Of a DNA stretch of 64,000 bases, positions 24,245 to 38,900 are shown in pieces. Position 1 is the stretch's first letter, and each line of letters starts with the position of its first letter. Below the pieces are notes generated by a model, which had not been told where the DNA came from, did no database searches, and saw only the letters and a program-made list of their open reading frames with translations. This DNA comes from Eledone cirrhosa (Eukaryota): assembly GCA_964016885.1 (NCBI GenBank), contig OZ024765.1:19220001-19284000 (forward strand), read 5' to 3'. Made by a program: the position numbers and the translations under genes.

Positions 24245-27200
24245 CTTCTTCTTCCTCAAACACTCCCTCCATCAGGTTTTGTCTGAAGCAACTGTCTCCA
24301 ACTGATCCGGCTGATTTCCCAAGGAAGACCAGCCAAACACATGGAGGTTATCCAACCATCTTGCTCAGGTCTACCCCTGGGTCTCCTGCCTGTTTGTTTC
24401 GCCTGTAAAATCTGTCCAGTGATTCTTTCCTGAGATATTCTAACCACATGTCCATAGTATCAGAGCTGTGATCTCTCAATACAGAGAAGTAGCAGCTCTA
24501 CCTGGAGTGACTCTCTGATCTCTGAGCTACAAATCTGTCCAGTGATTCTTTCCTGAGACATTCTAACAACATGTCCATAGTATCGGAGCTGTGATCTCTC
24601 AATACAGAGAAGTCGCAGCTCTACCTGGAGTGACTCTCTGATCTCTGAGCTACAAATCTGTCCAGTGATTCTTTCCTGAGACATTCTAACAACATGTCCA
24701 TAGTATCAGAGCTGTGATCTCTCAATACAGAGAAGTAGCAGCTCTACCTGGAGTGACTCTCTGATCTCTGAGCTACAAATCTGTCCAGTGATTCTTTCCT
24801 GAGATATTCTAACCACATGTCCATAGTATCAGAGCTGTGATCTCTCAATACAGAGAAGTAACAGCTCTACCTGGAGTGACTCTCTGATCTCTGAGCTACA
24901 AATCTGTCCAGTGATTCTTTCCTGAGATATTCTAACCACATGTCCATAGTATCAGAGCTGTGATCTCTCAATACAGAGAAGTAACAGCTCTACCTGGAGT
25001 GACTCTCTGATCTCTGAGCTACAAATCTGTCCAGTGATTCTTTCCTGAGATATTCTAACCACATGTCCATAGTATCAGAGCTGTGATCTCTCAATACAGA
25101 GAAGTAATAGCTCTACCTTGAGTGACACTGATCTCTGAGCTACAAATCTGTCCAGTGATTCTTTCCTGAGATATTCTAACCACATGTCTATAGTATCAGA
25201 GCTGTGATTTCTCAATACAGAGAAGTAGCAGCTCTACCTGGAGTGACTCTCTGATCTCTGAGCTACAAATCTGTTCAGTGATCCTTTCCTGATACATTCT
25301 AACCACATGTCCATAGTATCAGAGCTGTGATCTCTCAATTCTCTAACTGGAGTGACTCTCTGATCTCTGAGCTACAAATCTGTCCAGTGATTCTTTCCTG
25401 AGACATTCTAACCACATGTCCATAGTATCAGAGCTGTGATCTCTCAATACAGAGAAGTAGCAGCTCTACCTGGAGTGACTCTCTGATCTCTGAGCTACAA
25501 ATCTGTCCAGCAATTCTTTCCTGAGACATTCTAACAACATGTCCATAGTATCAGAGCTGTGATCTCTCAATACAGAGAAGTAGCAGCTCTACCTGGAGTG
25601 ACTCTCTGATCTCTGAGCTACAAATCTGTCCAGTAATTCTTTCCTGAGACATTCTAACAACATGTCCATAGTATTGGAGCCGTGATCTCTCAATACAGAG
25701 AAGTAGCAGCTCTACCTGGAGTGACTCTCTGATCTCTGAACTACAAATCTGTCCAGTGATTCTTTTCTGAGACATTCTAACATGTCCATAGTATTGGAGC
25801 TGTGATCTCTCAATACAGAGAAGTAGCAGCTCTACCTGGAGTGACTCTCTGATCTCTGAGCTTCAAATCTGTCCAGTGATTCTTTCCTGAGACATTCTAA
25901 CAACATGTCCATAGTATCAGAGCTGTGATCTCTCAATACAGAGAAGTAGCAGCTCTACCTAGAGTGACTCTCTGATCTCTGAGCTACAAATCTGTCCAGT
26001 GATTCTTTCCTGAGACATTCTAACCACATGTCCATAGTATCAGAGCTGTGATCTCTCAATACAGAGAAGTAACAGCTCTACCTGGAGTGACTCTCTGATC
26101 TCTGAGCTACAAATCTGTCCAGTGATTCTTTCCTGAGACATTCTAACAACATGTCCATAGTATCGGAGCTGTGATCTCTCAATACAGACAAGTAGCAGCT
26201 CTACCTGGAGTGACTCTCTGATCTCTGAGTTACAAATCTGTCCAGTGATTCTTTCCTGAGACATTCTAACAACATGTCCATAGTATCAGAGCTGTGATCT
26301 CTCAATACAGAGAAGTAGCAGCTCTACCTGGAGTGACTCTCTGATCTCTGAGCTACAAATCTGTCCAGTGATTCTTTCCTGTGACATTCTAACAACATGT
26401 CCATAGTATCAGAGCTGTGATCTCTCAATTCTCTACTTGGAGTGACTCTCTGATCTCTGAGCTACAAATCTGTCCAGTGATTCTTTCCTGAGACATTCTA
26501 ACCACATGTCCATAGTATCAGAGCTGTGATCTCTCAATTCAGAGAAGTAGCAGCTCTACCTGGAGTGACTCTCTGATCTCTGAGCTACAAATCTGTCCAG
26601 TGATTCTTTCCTGAGACATTCTAACAACATGTCCATAGTATCGGAGCTGTGATCTCTCAATACAGAGAAGTCGCAGCTCTACCTGGAGTGACTCTCTGAT
26701 CTCTGAGCTACAAATCTGTCCAGTGATTCTTTCCTGAGACATTCTAACAATATGTCCATAGTATCAGAGCTGTGATCTCTCAATACAGAGAAGTAGCAGC
26801 TCTACCTGGAGTGACTCTCTGATCTCTGAGCTACAAATCTATCCAGTGATTCTTTCCTGAGACATTCTAACAACATGTCCATAGTATCAGAGCTGTGATC
26901 TCTCAATTCAGAGAAGTCGCAGCTCTACCTGGAATGACTCTCTGATCTCCGAGCTACACACTTTATCTAGTAACGTTACTCCAAAGACTCTTCGGAGGAA
27001 TCGTATTTCGGCTGCTTGTATTTGCAATTGCAGTCTTTCGGTCATTACCCAAGATTAATTAGGGTTGGCACGAAAACTGAATTGAAGATAGCGAGTTTGG
27101 CTTTTACGCCTACCTCCATTCTTCTGATTACTGAATGCTAAATCTAGTGCATTACTGCACCAGTTTTTGCAATTCATGCACTTAATTCAGCCTTCCATTA

Positions 27201-27440
27201 CTTGTGAACACGGCCCCGAGATACTTGAGAGGACGAATGTCTCAATTTTTGCAGCACTGATTTGCATTCCAGCCATGCAGCATTCAGCACCTATCAGCAT
27301 CTATCGAGTGCAATTTGAAAATCATCTTCTGTTGAATTAAGTAACACCATGTTGTCAGCAAATTCCAGCTGACTGATTTTACACCCACCAGCCATGATAC
27401 CACTTCCAGTCCGACTGCACATGTCAATCCTGTTCACGTA
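24245..27440 (-). mobile_element. Degenerate RTE-like LINE 3' portion with internal 123-bp tandem expansion
   Basis: RFLRRVFGVTLLDKV, then (CSSEIRESLQVELLLLCIERSQLRYYGHVVRMSQERITGQI)n, then GRRPRGRP; (GAA)n tail next to (GACA)n. Confidence 0.85.
24408..26958. repeat. About 21 x 123-bp (41-codon) tandem array derived from RTE ORF
   Basis: Period 123 bp (for example 24458 to 24581); many units carry TGA in place of CGA. Confidence 0.95.
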
Positions 27441-27442
27441 AA

Positions 27443-27907
27443 TAATTATTTCTACTTTTGGCACAAGGCCAGCAATTTACCCCAGTGCATTACTGGTACT
27501 TTATTTTATCGACCCCGTAATAATTGTTTCTACTTTTGGCACAAGTCCAGCAATTACACCAGTGTATTACTGGTACTTTATTTTATCGACCTCGTAATAA
27601 TTGTTTCTACTTTTGGCACAAGGCCAGCAATTATCCCAGTGTATTACTGGTACTTTATTTTATCGACCTCGTAATAATTGTTTCTACTTTTGGCACAAGG
27701 CCAGCAATTATCCCAGTGTATTACTGGTACTTTATTTTATCGACCTCGTAATAATTGTTTCTACTTTTGGCACAAGGCCAGCAATTACCCCAGTGTATTA
27801 CTGGTACTTTATTTTATCGACCTCGTAATAATTGTTTCTACTTTTGGCACAAGGCCAGCAATTTACTCCCAGTACATTACTGGTACTTTATTTTATCGAC
27901 CCCGTAA
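27443..27907 (-). repeat. About 6 x 77-bp tandem array from the 3' end of a family M SINE
   Basis: Unit includes ttttatcgacctcg; the SINE head is complete once at 27907-28016. Confidence 0.9.
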
Positions 27908-28141
27908 GGATAAACGGCAAAGTTAACCTCGGCGGGATTTGAACTCAGACCATAAAGGGCCGTAACTCTATGCTGCAAAGCATGGCGTCCGACCCTCTAC
28001 CGATACTGCCAATCCAAATGAACAGGGGAGGTGACATGCCAAATTACAATAAAGGGCTACTTTCTAACCCTAAACCATTACCACACTGCCCCCTCTCCCT
28101 CAACATATTCAATTATAAGATATAAAAATGTCTACACATAC

Positions 28142-28269
28142 TTGCATATTGTCTCGACATTGTTCCTATTGGTTGCTTTGGCAAGCTGGATTATGATTGG
28201 TCGAGAGCTGGTCACTAGGATTGTGGTGGTGTTCTTACCCTGGGCCTCCATTCTCAGGGTGAGAGGACA
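28142..28269 (-). CDS. HGSNAT: HGSNAT-like exon 3 (128 nt, phase 0 to 2): CPLTLRMEAQGKNTTTILVTSSRPIIIQLAKATNRNNVETIC
   Basis: caatacag acceptor and AA|gtatgt donor; starts with the Cys after CYK and ends at Cys, as human exon 3 does (CLFQ...EVCR); phases match. Confidence 0.8.
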
Positions 28270-29652
28270 CTGTATTGTGAAGAATAAATAGGGTAGCAGT
28301 TAGATGGTGTTGGTGGTGGTGGTGGTGATGTTGTTGTTGGTGGTGGTGGTGGTGGTGTTGGTGTTGGTGGTGGTGGTGGTGTTGTTGTTGTTGTTGGTGG
28401 TGGTGTTGGTGTTGTTGTTGTTGGTGGTGGTGGTGATGTTGTTGTTGGTGGTGGTGGTGGTGGTCGTGGTGGTGGTGGTGGTGTTTGTGGTCGTGGTGGT
28501 GGTGGTGGTGGTAGTTGTGGTGCTGGTGATGGTGGTGGTGATGGTGGTGGTGGTGGTGGTGGTGGTGGTGTTGGTGGTGGTGGTGGTGTTGGTGTTGGTG
28601 GTGGTGTTGGTGGTGGTGGTGGTGTTGGTGCTGTTGGTGTTGGTGTTGGTGGTGTTGGTGGTGTTGGTGTTGGTGGTGTTGGAGGTGTTGGTGTTGGTGG
28701 TGGTGTTGGTGGTGGTGGTGGTGTTGGTGGTGGTGGTGTTGGTGGTGGTGGTGGTGGTGGTAGTTGTGGTGCTGGTGATGGTGGTGGTGGTGATGATGGT
28801 GGAGGTAGTGGTGATGGTGGTATTGGTGGAGGTGGTGTTGGTGGAGCTGGTGGTGTTGGTGGTGATGGTGGTGGTGTTGGTGGTGGTGGTGGTGGTGTTG
28901 GTGGTGGTGTTGGTGGTGGTGTTGGTGGTGTTGGTGGTGGTGATGTTAGTGGTGGTGGTGTTGGTGGTGGTGATGGTGGTGGTGTTGGTGGTGGTGATGT
29001 TAGTGGTGGTGGTGTTGGTGGTGGTGATGGTGGTGTTGTTGGTGGTGGTGATGGTGGTGGTGGTAGTGGTGATGGTGTTTGTGGTGCTAGTGGTGATGGT
29101 GGTGGTGGTGGTGGTGGTAGTGGTGGTGGTATTGGTGATGGTGGTGGTGGTGTTGGTGGCAGTTGTGGTGATGGTGGTGGTGGTATTGGTCATGGTGGTG
29201 GTGGTGTTGGTGGCAGTTGTGGTGGTGGTGGTGGTTGTGAAGGTGGTGGTGGTTGTGAAGGTGGTGGTGGTTGTGAAGGTGGTGGTGGTTGTGAAGGTGG
29301 TGGTGGTTGTGAAGGTGGTGGTGGTTGTGGTGGTGGTGTGATATAGTGGTGGTGGTGGTGGTGTGATGTTGTAGTGGGTGGTGGTGAAGTTGGTAGTGGT
29401 AGTGGTGGTGTTGCTGGAGGTGGTGATAATTGTTGTTGTTGTGGTGGTAGTGGAGGAGGAGGAGGAGGTGGTGGTGGTGGTGGTGGTAGTTGACAGTATT
29501 GTTGCTGTTGTTGTTGTTGTTGTTGTTACAATACACAGAATATCAGAACAGTAAAAAATACAAAGAAAAAGGAATGAAAAACAAGTTTAACAAATGAATA
29601 ACACCCCATCCCACCCTCCTTCTACAGAAAATAGAAAAAATGATTGACTTAC

Positions 29653-29828
29653 TTTATAACAATCAGTTGCCTGCATGAAGATCTGGATATCAAAGTGGAC
29701 AGTACTGTTGATGGTCAGCCAGGCTTTGTCCATTTCAAAGGAGGGCTTTGTTGGCTCATTCAGCCTTTTAAAGGATTCAATCCATTGGGTTTGGTCTTCT
29801 GATGCTGCTGTCAGCTGAACAAATGATG
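29653..29828 (-). CDS. HGSNAT: HGSNAT-like exon 2 (176 nt, phase 1 to 0): SFVQLTAASEDQ...FEMDKAWLTINSTVHFDIQIFMQATDCYK
   Basis: ccacag acceptor and gtaagt donor; MDKAWLTIN...CYK|C matches human MDQALLLIHN...CCYH|C. Confidence 0.88.
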
Positions 29829-29854
29829 CTGTGGTATAGGATTTAGAACAATGA

Positions 29855-31330
29855 GGTTATACAGAGATGATAGTTATAAGACATTGTTGGTTAGTTGATT
29901 GGTGGGTTATACAGAGATGATGGTTATAAGGCATTGTTGGTTAGTTGATTGGTGGGTTATACAGAGATGATGGTTATAAGGCATTGTTGGTTAGTTGATT
30001 GGTGGGTTATACAGAGATGATGGTTATAAGGCATTGTTGGTTAGTTGATTGGTGGGTTATACAGAGATGATGGTTATAAGACATTGTTGGTTAGTTGATT
30101 GGTGGGTTAGATAGAGATGATGGTTATAAGACATTGTTGGTTAGTTGATTGGTGGGTTATACAGAGATGATGGTTATAAGACATTGTTGGTTAGTTGATT
30201 GGTGGGTTATACAGAGATGATGGTTATAAGACATTGTTGGTTAGTTGATTGGTGGGTTATACAGAGATGATGGTTATAAGGCATTGTTGGTTAGTTGATT
30301 GGTGGGTTAGATAGAGATGATGGTTATAAGGCATTGTTGGTTAGTTGATTGGTGGGTTATACAGAGATGATGGTTATAAGGCATTGTTGGTTAGTTGATT
30401 GGTGGGTTATACAGAGATGATGGTTATAAGGCATTGTTGGTTAGTTGATTGGTGGGTTATACAGAGATGATGGTTATAAGGCATTGTTGGTTAGTTGATT
30501 GGTGGGTTATACAGAGATGATGGTTATAAGGCATTGTTGGTTAGTTGATTGGTGGGTTAGATAGAGATGATGGTTATAAGACATTGTTGGTTAGTTGATT
30601 GGTGGGTTATACAGAGATGATGGTTATAAGGCATTGTTGGTTAGTTGATTGGTGGGTTATACAGAGATGATGGTTATAAGGCATTGTTGGTTAGTTGATT
30701 GGTGGGTTAGATAGAGATGATGGTTATAAGGCATTGCTTGTAGATCAGTTGATTGGTTGCTTATACAGAGATAATTGTTTCTACGTTAGGCACAAGGCCA
30801 GCAATTAACCAGTGTATTACTGGTACTGGCTTACACAGAGATAATGGTTATAAGACATTGTTGGTTAGTTGATTGGTGGGTTAGATAGAGATGATGGTTA
30901 TAAGGCATTGTTGGTTAGTTGATTGGTGGGTTATACAGAGATGATGGTTATAAGGCATTGTTGGTTAGTTGATTGGTGGGTTATACAGAGATGATGGTTA
31001 TAAGGCATTGTTGGTTAGTTGATTGGTGGGTTATACAGAGATGATGGTTATAAGGCATTGTTGGTTAGTTGATTGGTGGGTTATACAGAGATGATGGTTA
31101 TAAGGCATTGTTGGTTAGTTGATTGGTGGGTTAGATAGAGATGATGGTTATAAGGCATTGCTTGTAGATCAGTTGATTGGTGGCTTATACAGAGATAATT
31201 GTTTCTACGTTAGGCACAAGGCCAGCAATTAACCAGTGTATTACTGGTACTGGCTTACACAGAGATAATGGTTATAAGACATTGTTGGTTAGTTGATTGG
31301 TGGGTTAGATAGAGATGATGGTTATAAGGC
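29855..31330. repeat. 50-bp satellite with two embedded SINE fragments (424-bp higher-order duplication)
   Basis: ggttatacagagatgatggttataaggcattgttggttagttgattggtg repeated; family M SINE pieces at 30772-30828 and 31195-31252. Confidence 0.93.
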
Positions 31331-32327
31331 ATTGTTTGTAGATCAGTTGGTTGGTTGGTTGGTTGGTTTGCAGGTGAGTTAATTGGTTGGTTGGTGGTTT
31401 AGTTGGTTGGTTTGTCAGTAAATTGGTTGGTGAGTTGATAAGTTAGTTGGTCAATTGGTTGATTGTCAAAGTAGTAGTTATTGATTGTGGTAGTTGTGGT
31501 GGTGAGAGTAGGAAACACAAAAAACAAAAAGACAAAATGATAATTACAATACATAAGATATTGCTTATAGATGTTTCACAGCTAATTGGCAGTTCATCAG
31601 TAGACAGGACAAGTGCACTTATCACTCTGTCCACAGAGAGCTATAGTCAAATGTTATTTATGTCAAATACAAATGGTAGTGGTGATGGTGGTGGTGGTAG
31701 TGGTGGTGGTGGTGGTAGTGGTGGTGATGTTGGTAGTGGTGGTGGTGGTGGTAGTGAGTGTTGGTTGTGGTGGTGGTAGTGGATGGTGGTGTTGGTGGTA
31801 GTGGTGGTAGTGGTTGTGGTGGTGGTGGTGGTGGTAGTGGTGGTGGTGGTGGTGGTGGTGGTGGTGGTGGTGGTGGTGGTGGTGGTGGTGAGTGTTGGTT
31901 GTGGTGATAGTGGATGGTGGTGGTGGTGGTGGTGATAGTGGATGGTGGTGGTGGTGGTGATAGTGGATCGTGGTGGTGGTGATAGTGGATCGTGGTGGTG
32001 GTGATAGTGGATGATGGTGATGATAGTGATATTGGATGGTGGTGGTGATAGTGGATGGTGGTGGCGGTGGTGATAGTGGATGGTGGTGGTGGTGGTGGTG
32101 GTGATAGTGGATGGTGGTAGTGGTGGTGATAGTGGATGGTGGTGGTGATAGTGGTGGTGATAGTGGATGGTGGTAGTGGTAGTGGATGGTGACAAATGTT
32201 TCCAGGACATTTTTTACAGACCATACATTGTACCAGTGACTGCCTGTGTGTTAGACAGACGAAACGTGCTATACATATATTATAATATATACAATGTTGT
32301 TTGTGGCATCTGTTGTGTGTTACTTAC

Positions 32328-32525
32328 AAGTGTTGATGTCGTTAGGGCAGCCTCTCTTTGAGCGGAGTATAATTAAGGCATTGCCAGAATTGTCAAGGGG
32401 GCCAGTGCTGGTACTGTCATGTAGCTGACCGTCGCTGCTCTCACCACTGCCAATGTCTCCACATTTGGGGAGCTTGCCCAGAGGGATGGTTTTTGTTGTG
32501 AAGCCCAGAGATAGACTAAAGCTTG
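32328..32525 (-). CDS. Putative extra N-terminal exon of the HGSNAT-like gene (198 nt, phase 1 to 1): [65 protein letters not shown]
   Basis: Unique island between microsatellites; ctctctag acceptor, gtaagt donor, open frame and phase-compatible with exon 2. No homology recognised. Confidence 0.55.
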
Positions 32526-32634
32526 CTAGAGAGAGGGAGAGAGAGACAGGGTGTGTGTGAGCAAGAGAGAGCTGTGTGATGGAGAGATAGATAGACAGAC
32601 AGACATATAGAGAGATAGATGGATGGATTAGGAA

Positions 32635-32645
<11 letters not shown>

Positions 32646-32691
<46 letters not shown>

Positions 32692-33357
32692 CATATATAC
32701 ACATATATATATATACATACACATATATATATATATACACATATATACACATATATACATACATATATACACATATATATATACATACACATATATATAT
32801 ATACACATATATACACATACATATATACACATATATATACATACATATATACACATATATATATACATACATATATATATACATATATATACATATATAT
32901 ACATACATATATACATACATATATATATACATACATATATATATACATATATATACATATATATACATACATATATATACATATATATATACATACATAT
33001 ATATACATATATATATACATACATATATATACATATATATATACATACATATATATACATATATATATACATACATATATATACATATATATACATATAT
33101 ATATACATACATATATATACATATATATATACATACATATATATACATATATATATACATACATATATATATATACATACATATATATATACATACATAT
33201 ATATACATATATATATACATACATATATATACATATATATATACATACATATATATACATATATATATACATACATATATATATATACATACATATATAT
33301 ATATATATATACATACATATATATATATACATACATATATATATATACATACATATA

Positions 33358-33453
<96 letters not shown>

Positions 33454-33576
33454 CATATACATACATATATATATATATACATATATATATATACATATAT
33501 ACATACATATATACATACATATATATATATATACATACATATATATATATATACATACATATATATATATATATAC

Positions 33577-33625
<49 letters not shown>

Positions 33626-33626
33626 C

Positions 33627-33709
<83 letters not shown>

Positions 33710-33840
33710 CATACATATATACATACATATATACATACATACATATATACATACATATATATATATATACACATATATATACATATATATATATATACAC
33801 ATATATATACATATATATATATACACATATATATACATAC

Positions 33841-33891
<51 letters not shown>

Positions 33892-34056
33892 CATATATAT
33901 ATATACATACATATATATATATACATACATATATATATACATACATATATATATACATACATATATATATACATACATACATATAAATACATACATATAC
34001 ATACATATACATACATATAAATACATACACACACATACATATAAATACATACACAC

Positions 34057-34120
<64 letters not shown>

Positions 34121-34130
34121 CTGTGTGTGT
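32646..34130. repeat. (AT)/(ATAC) microsatellite
   Basis: Direct inspection. Confidence 0.95.
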
Positions 34131-34619
34131 AAAAGGTAAACAGAAATAACAACACAATCAGTACAGTATATGGAAGGGATATATTAGGTTAACACGTGAT
34201 TAAAATAACAGATTTTGTTTAAGCAAACAATCGCTTCTTTCACCCTTAACGGGATCTTCTGAGTTTCAGAAGATCCCATTAAGGGTGACGAGTGAACCAG
34301 TCAATAACCTGGTCGGTGTTGAGCCAGAGGCTAAAGCTCAACTTATTTTTTTAAGATAGGCATTACACAGTCAAGTTTGCTAACCCCTCCTATGTCAGAA
34401 GTGGAAGGGCTTATAAGTCTAATAGAAGCGTCGTCACTGAAATTACTTTTATGATCTTTCAAGAAGATGTTGGGGTCATAGGTTTATAGAGGTAGGTATA
34501 TTTATCTTTTCCTAATTCATTAACGATGGCTTGACCTTTACTGTTTATATCATTAAGTGTAGATACATTAGTTTTTTTTGATATGCTTCAATTTATGAGT
34601 TGTTTTTTTTCGGCTCTGA

Positions 34620-36219
34620 TGATAATATGATAATAAAGGAGGCCTGGAAATGTCATTATGAGAGGCTGATGAATGTGGAGAACGAATGGGAGAGAGAGAA
34701 ATTACCCTCAGTAGATTTGACAGAGGGACCAGCTATTGAGATTGACGAATATAGGGTCCAAGAGGCAATTAAGGAAATTAAAGATGGTAAGGCTGTTGGA
34801 CCGTCGGGGATAGTTGCTGAGATACTGAAGGCATCAGGGGACGTAGGCACTAAACTGGTTGCACGCATCATCAATCAGTCTATATATATTTACAAAGGTA
34901 AAGGGGATGCTCTGGAGAGGAGCAATTATAGGGGTATAAAACTGATGGATCAAGTTATGAAAGTGGCAGAAAGGATATTGGCACAACTAATTAGAGAAAG
35001 GGTCAAACTAGATGAGATGCAGTTTGGTTTTGTGCCTGGGAAAAGTACAACAGATGCCCTCTTCTTGGTGAGACAATTACAAGAGAGGTTCTTAGAGAAG
35101 AATAAGCCACTATACTTAGCCTTTGTTGACCTAGCGAAAGCCTTTGATAAGGTACCCCGATCTGTCATCTGGTGGTCCCTAAGGAAACTATGTGTTGAGG
35201 AATGACTTGTGAGGACAGTGCAAACTTTGTACAGAGGTGCTGTCAGTAAAGACAGGGTAGTGAGGAATTCCAGATACAAGTAGGAGTACATCAAGGTTCG
35301 GTCCTCAGCCCGCTCTTGTTCATTATAGTCCTCCAAGCCATAGCAGAGGAGTTTAAGACTGGCTGTCCATGGGAACATCTCTATGCTGACGATCTGGTTC
35401 TTATAGCAGAATCAGTAGAGGAGCTAGAGTATAAATTCTGGCTATGGAAACAGCAGTTGGAAAAAAGAGGACGGAGAGTGAATCTAACTAAGACAAAAGT
35501 GTTGATGAGTAGAAAAGAGGACAAAACTCTGATTCTGTCAGGGAAATGGCCATATTCGATATGCAGAAAAGGAACTGGCATAAATTCTATAAAATGCACA
35601 CAATGCAGATCTTGGGTGCGCGAGAGATGTAGTGGGATAGCAGGCAAACTAACATTTAGGGAGAAATACGTATGCAGTAGATGTACAGGGAAATTAGACA
35701 GTAGAAGTCGCAAGAATGCTGACGAAGAAGGGTTTCTCCCTGCGTACGAAAGGCTGGCTAATGATGCCTGTGTGAGGAGCGCGATGCTGCATGGTAGTGA
35801 GACATGGGCAGCAATTGCAGAGGATATGCAACAGCTGGAGAGAAATGAGGCAAGTATGCTCCATTGGATGTGCAGTGTCAATGTGCGTGAACGACCCAGC
35901 ATGAATGTGTTGAGAGAGAAACTGTTTCTGAGAGGGACAGAATGTAGTGTAAGGGAGAGGAGACCGAGGTGGTATGGACATGTGATGCGCATGGAGGATG
36001 ACCGATGGGTGAAGAAGTGCCAGGAAATACCAGTTGAAGGAAGACGTGGTAGAGGTAGACCTCGAAAAACATGGGCGGAGGTGGTGAGAACAGACCTCAG
36101 ATCGCTGAAGCACACGGTGGAGATGACGAAGGACTGGGACGAGTGGAGAGATGCTGTGCTGAATAGGACCCGTCCCACCCTTGCAAGCAGGGAAAAGTGG
36201 ACATAAAATGATGATGATG

Positions 36220-36221
<2 letters not shown>
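34620..36221 (+). mobile_element. Decayed RTE LINE related to 1828-4598, 5'-truncated, with native 3' tail and (ATG)n
   Basis: KAVGPSG, NYRGIKL, QFGF, LYADD, PHD remnant and WYGHVMRM; stops, frameshifts and two internal deletions relative to the first copy. Confidence 0.9.
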
Positions 36222-36256
<35 letters not shown>

Positions 36257-36290
36257 ATATATATATACACACACATGAAACATATATCTA

Positions 36291-36328
<38 letters not shown>

Positions 36329-36614
36329 TGAGGCATTAAGAGAATTTTAATATATTTGTACAAGCAACAGGTAACAAGATGTGATGGTCATCCTCTCCCA
36401 CACTCTACAACCACCACCACCATACCACCCTCACCCCCAATAACACCACCACCATCACCATCACTCTCCTACCCACCACCCTCCTGCCCCAACATTATCA
36501 CGTACAACAGGGGTAGTCCTACCACCCTATACACCCCACTGGGCCCCCAATAATTGATTATAATAGGCACAGAATGTTACAGGATAGATTTAGGTAAATA
36601 TCACTGTAGCAATG

Positions 36615-38030
<1,416 letters not shown>

Positions 38031-38782
38031 AATTTCTGTTTATTTGCCACGAGGGCACAAAAGAAAAGGACACATACATGGGGGGGGGGGGGGTTACATA
38101 GAAATCGAGTAAAAAAAATGTAATAACAAATAAAATTATACCAAGAAGGTCCTCAATAGGGAGGGTTCGTTTTGGGGTCACACACACACCCGAAAAAAAT
38201 GTGCGACTCTTCTCCACGGGAGCACAAAGAGAGGGTGCTCCCTTCTTCCTTCATCCTTTTCCACCTACAGGCTGAGGTAGAGAGAAGGCCCATTCACACG
38301 GGCCATTCTCACAACTTTCACCCACCTTTCATAAAACTGGCTGGGGTGGAGCACCTCTCTCTCCATTCTGATCCTTCTTCTGAAATGGTATCGGAAGAAA
38401 AGGACCAGTTGTTGGTCGGAAAGAAAGGTGTCCAACCTCAGCCCTTTTAGACGCGTCCACCATACAACCTCTTTTACCATGGCTATTACACAGAGGAAGA
38501 CCGCCTCTCCATTTCTGAAGGGGGGAGGCAGCTTGATCGTTAACAATGGCCTCGGTGGTCAACCTAATTGGTCCCACCCGTGACAGCAGTTGTTCGACAT
38601 AGCCCCACAGATCGGCAACGCCCGGGCAGTGCACCAATGCGTGCGCGACGGTTTCCTCGTCGCGCACGCATCTGGGACAGATCTTTTCCGAGGGGTCCCT
38701 ACCCTGGCGCTCGTGTCTGTAGAGCTTATCCCGAACGGGCAGAGCCCCTTGGTAGCACTGCCAGGCCAAGGACTTCTGGAAG
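38031..38782 (-). mobile_element. 5'-truncated diverged copy of the L1/Tx1 LINE within (GACA)n
   Basis: FQKSLAWQCYQGALPVRDKL...CPRC...HC to NGPSLYLSL, plus 3' UTR ending ggcaaataaacagaaa. Confidence 0.9.
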
Positions 38783-38900
38783 ACAGATACACAGACAGAC
38801 AGATAAACAGAGAGACAAATGGTGTAAATACGTGGGCAGGTAGTTGACAGGTGTATAGCTGTACAGTGGTAGGTTCCATTCCCAGTATTGTTGGCTTTAA

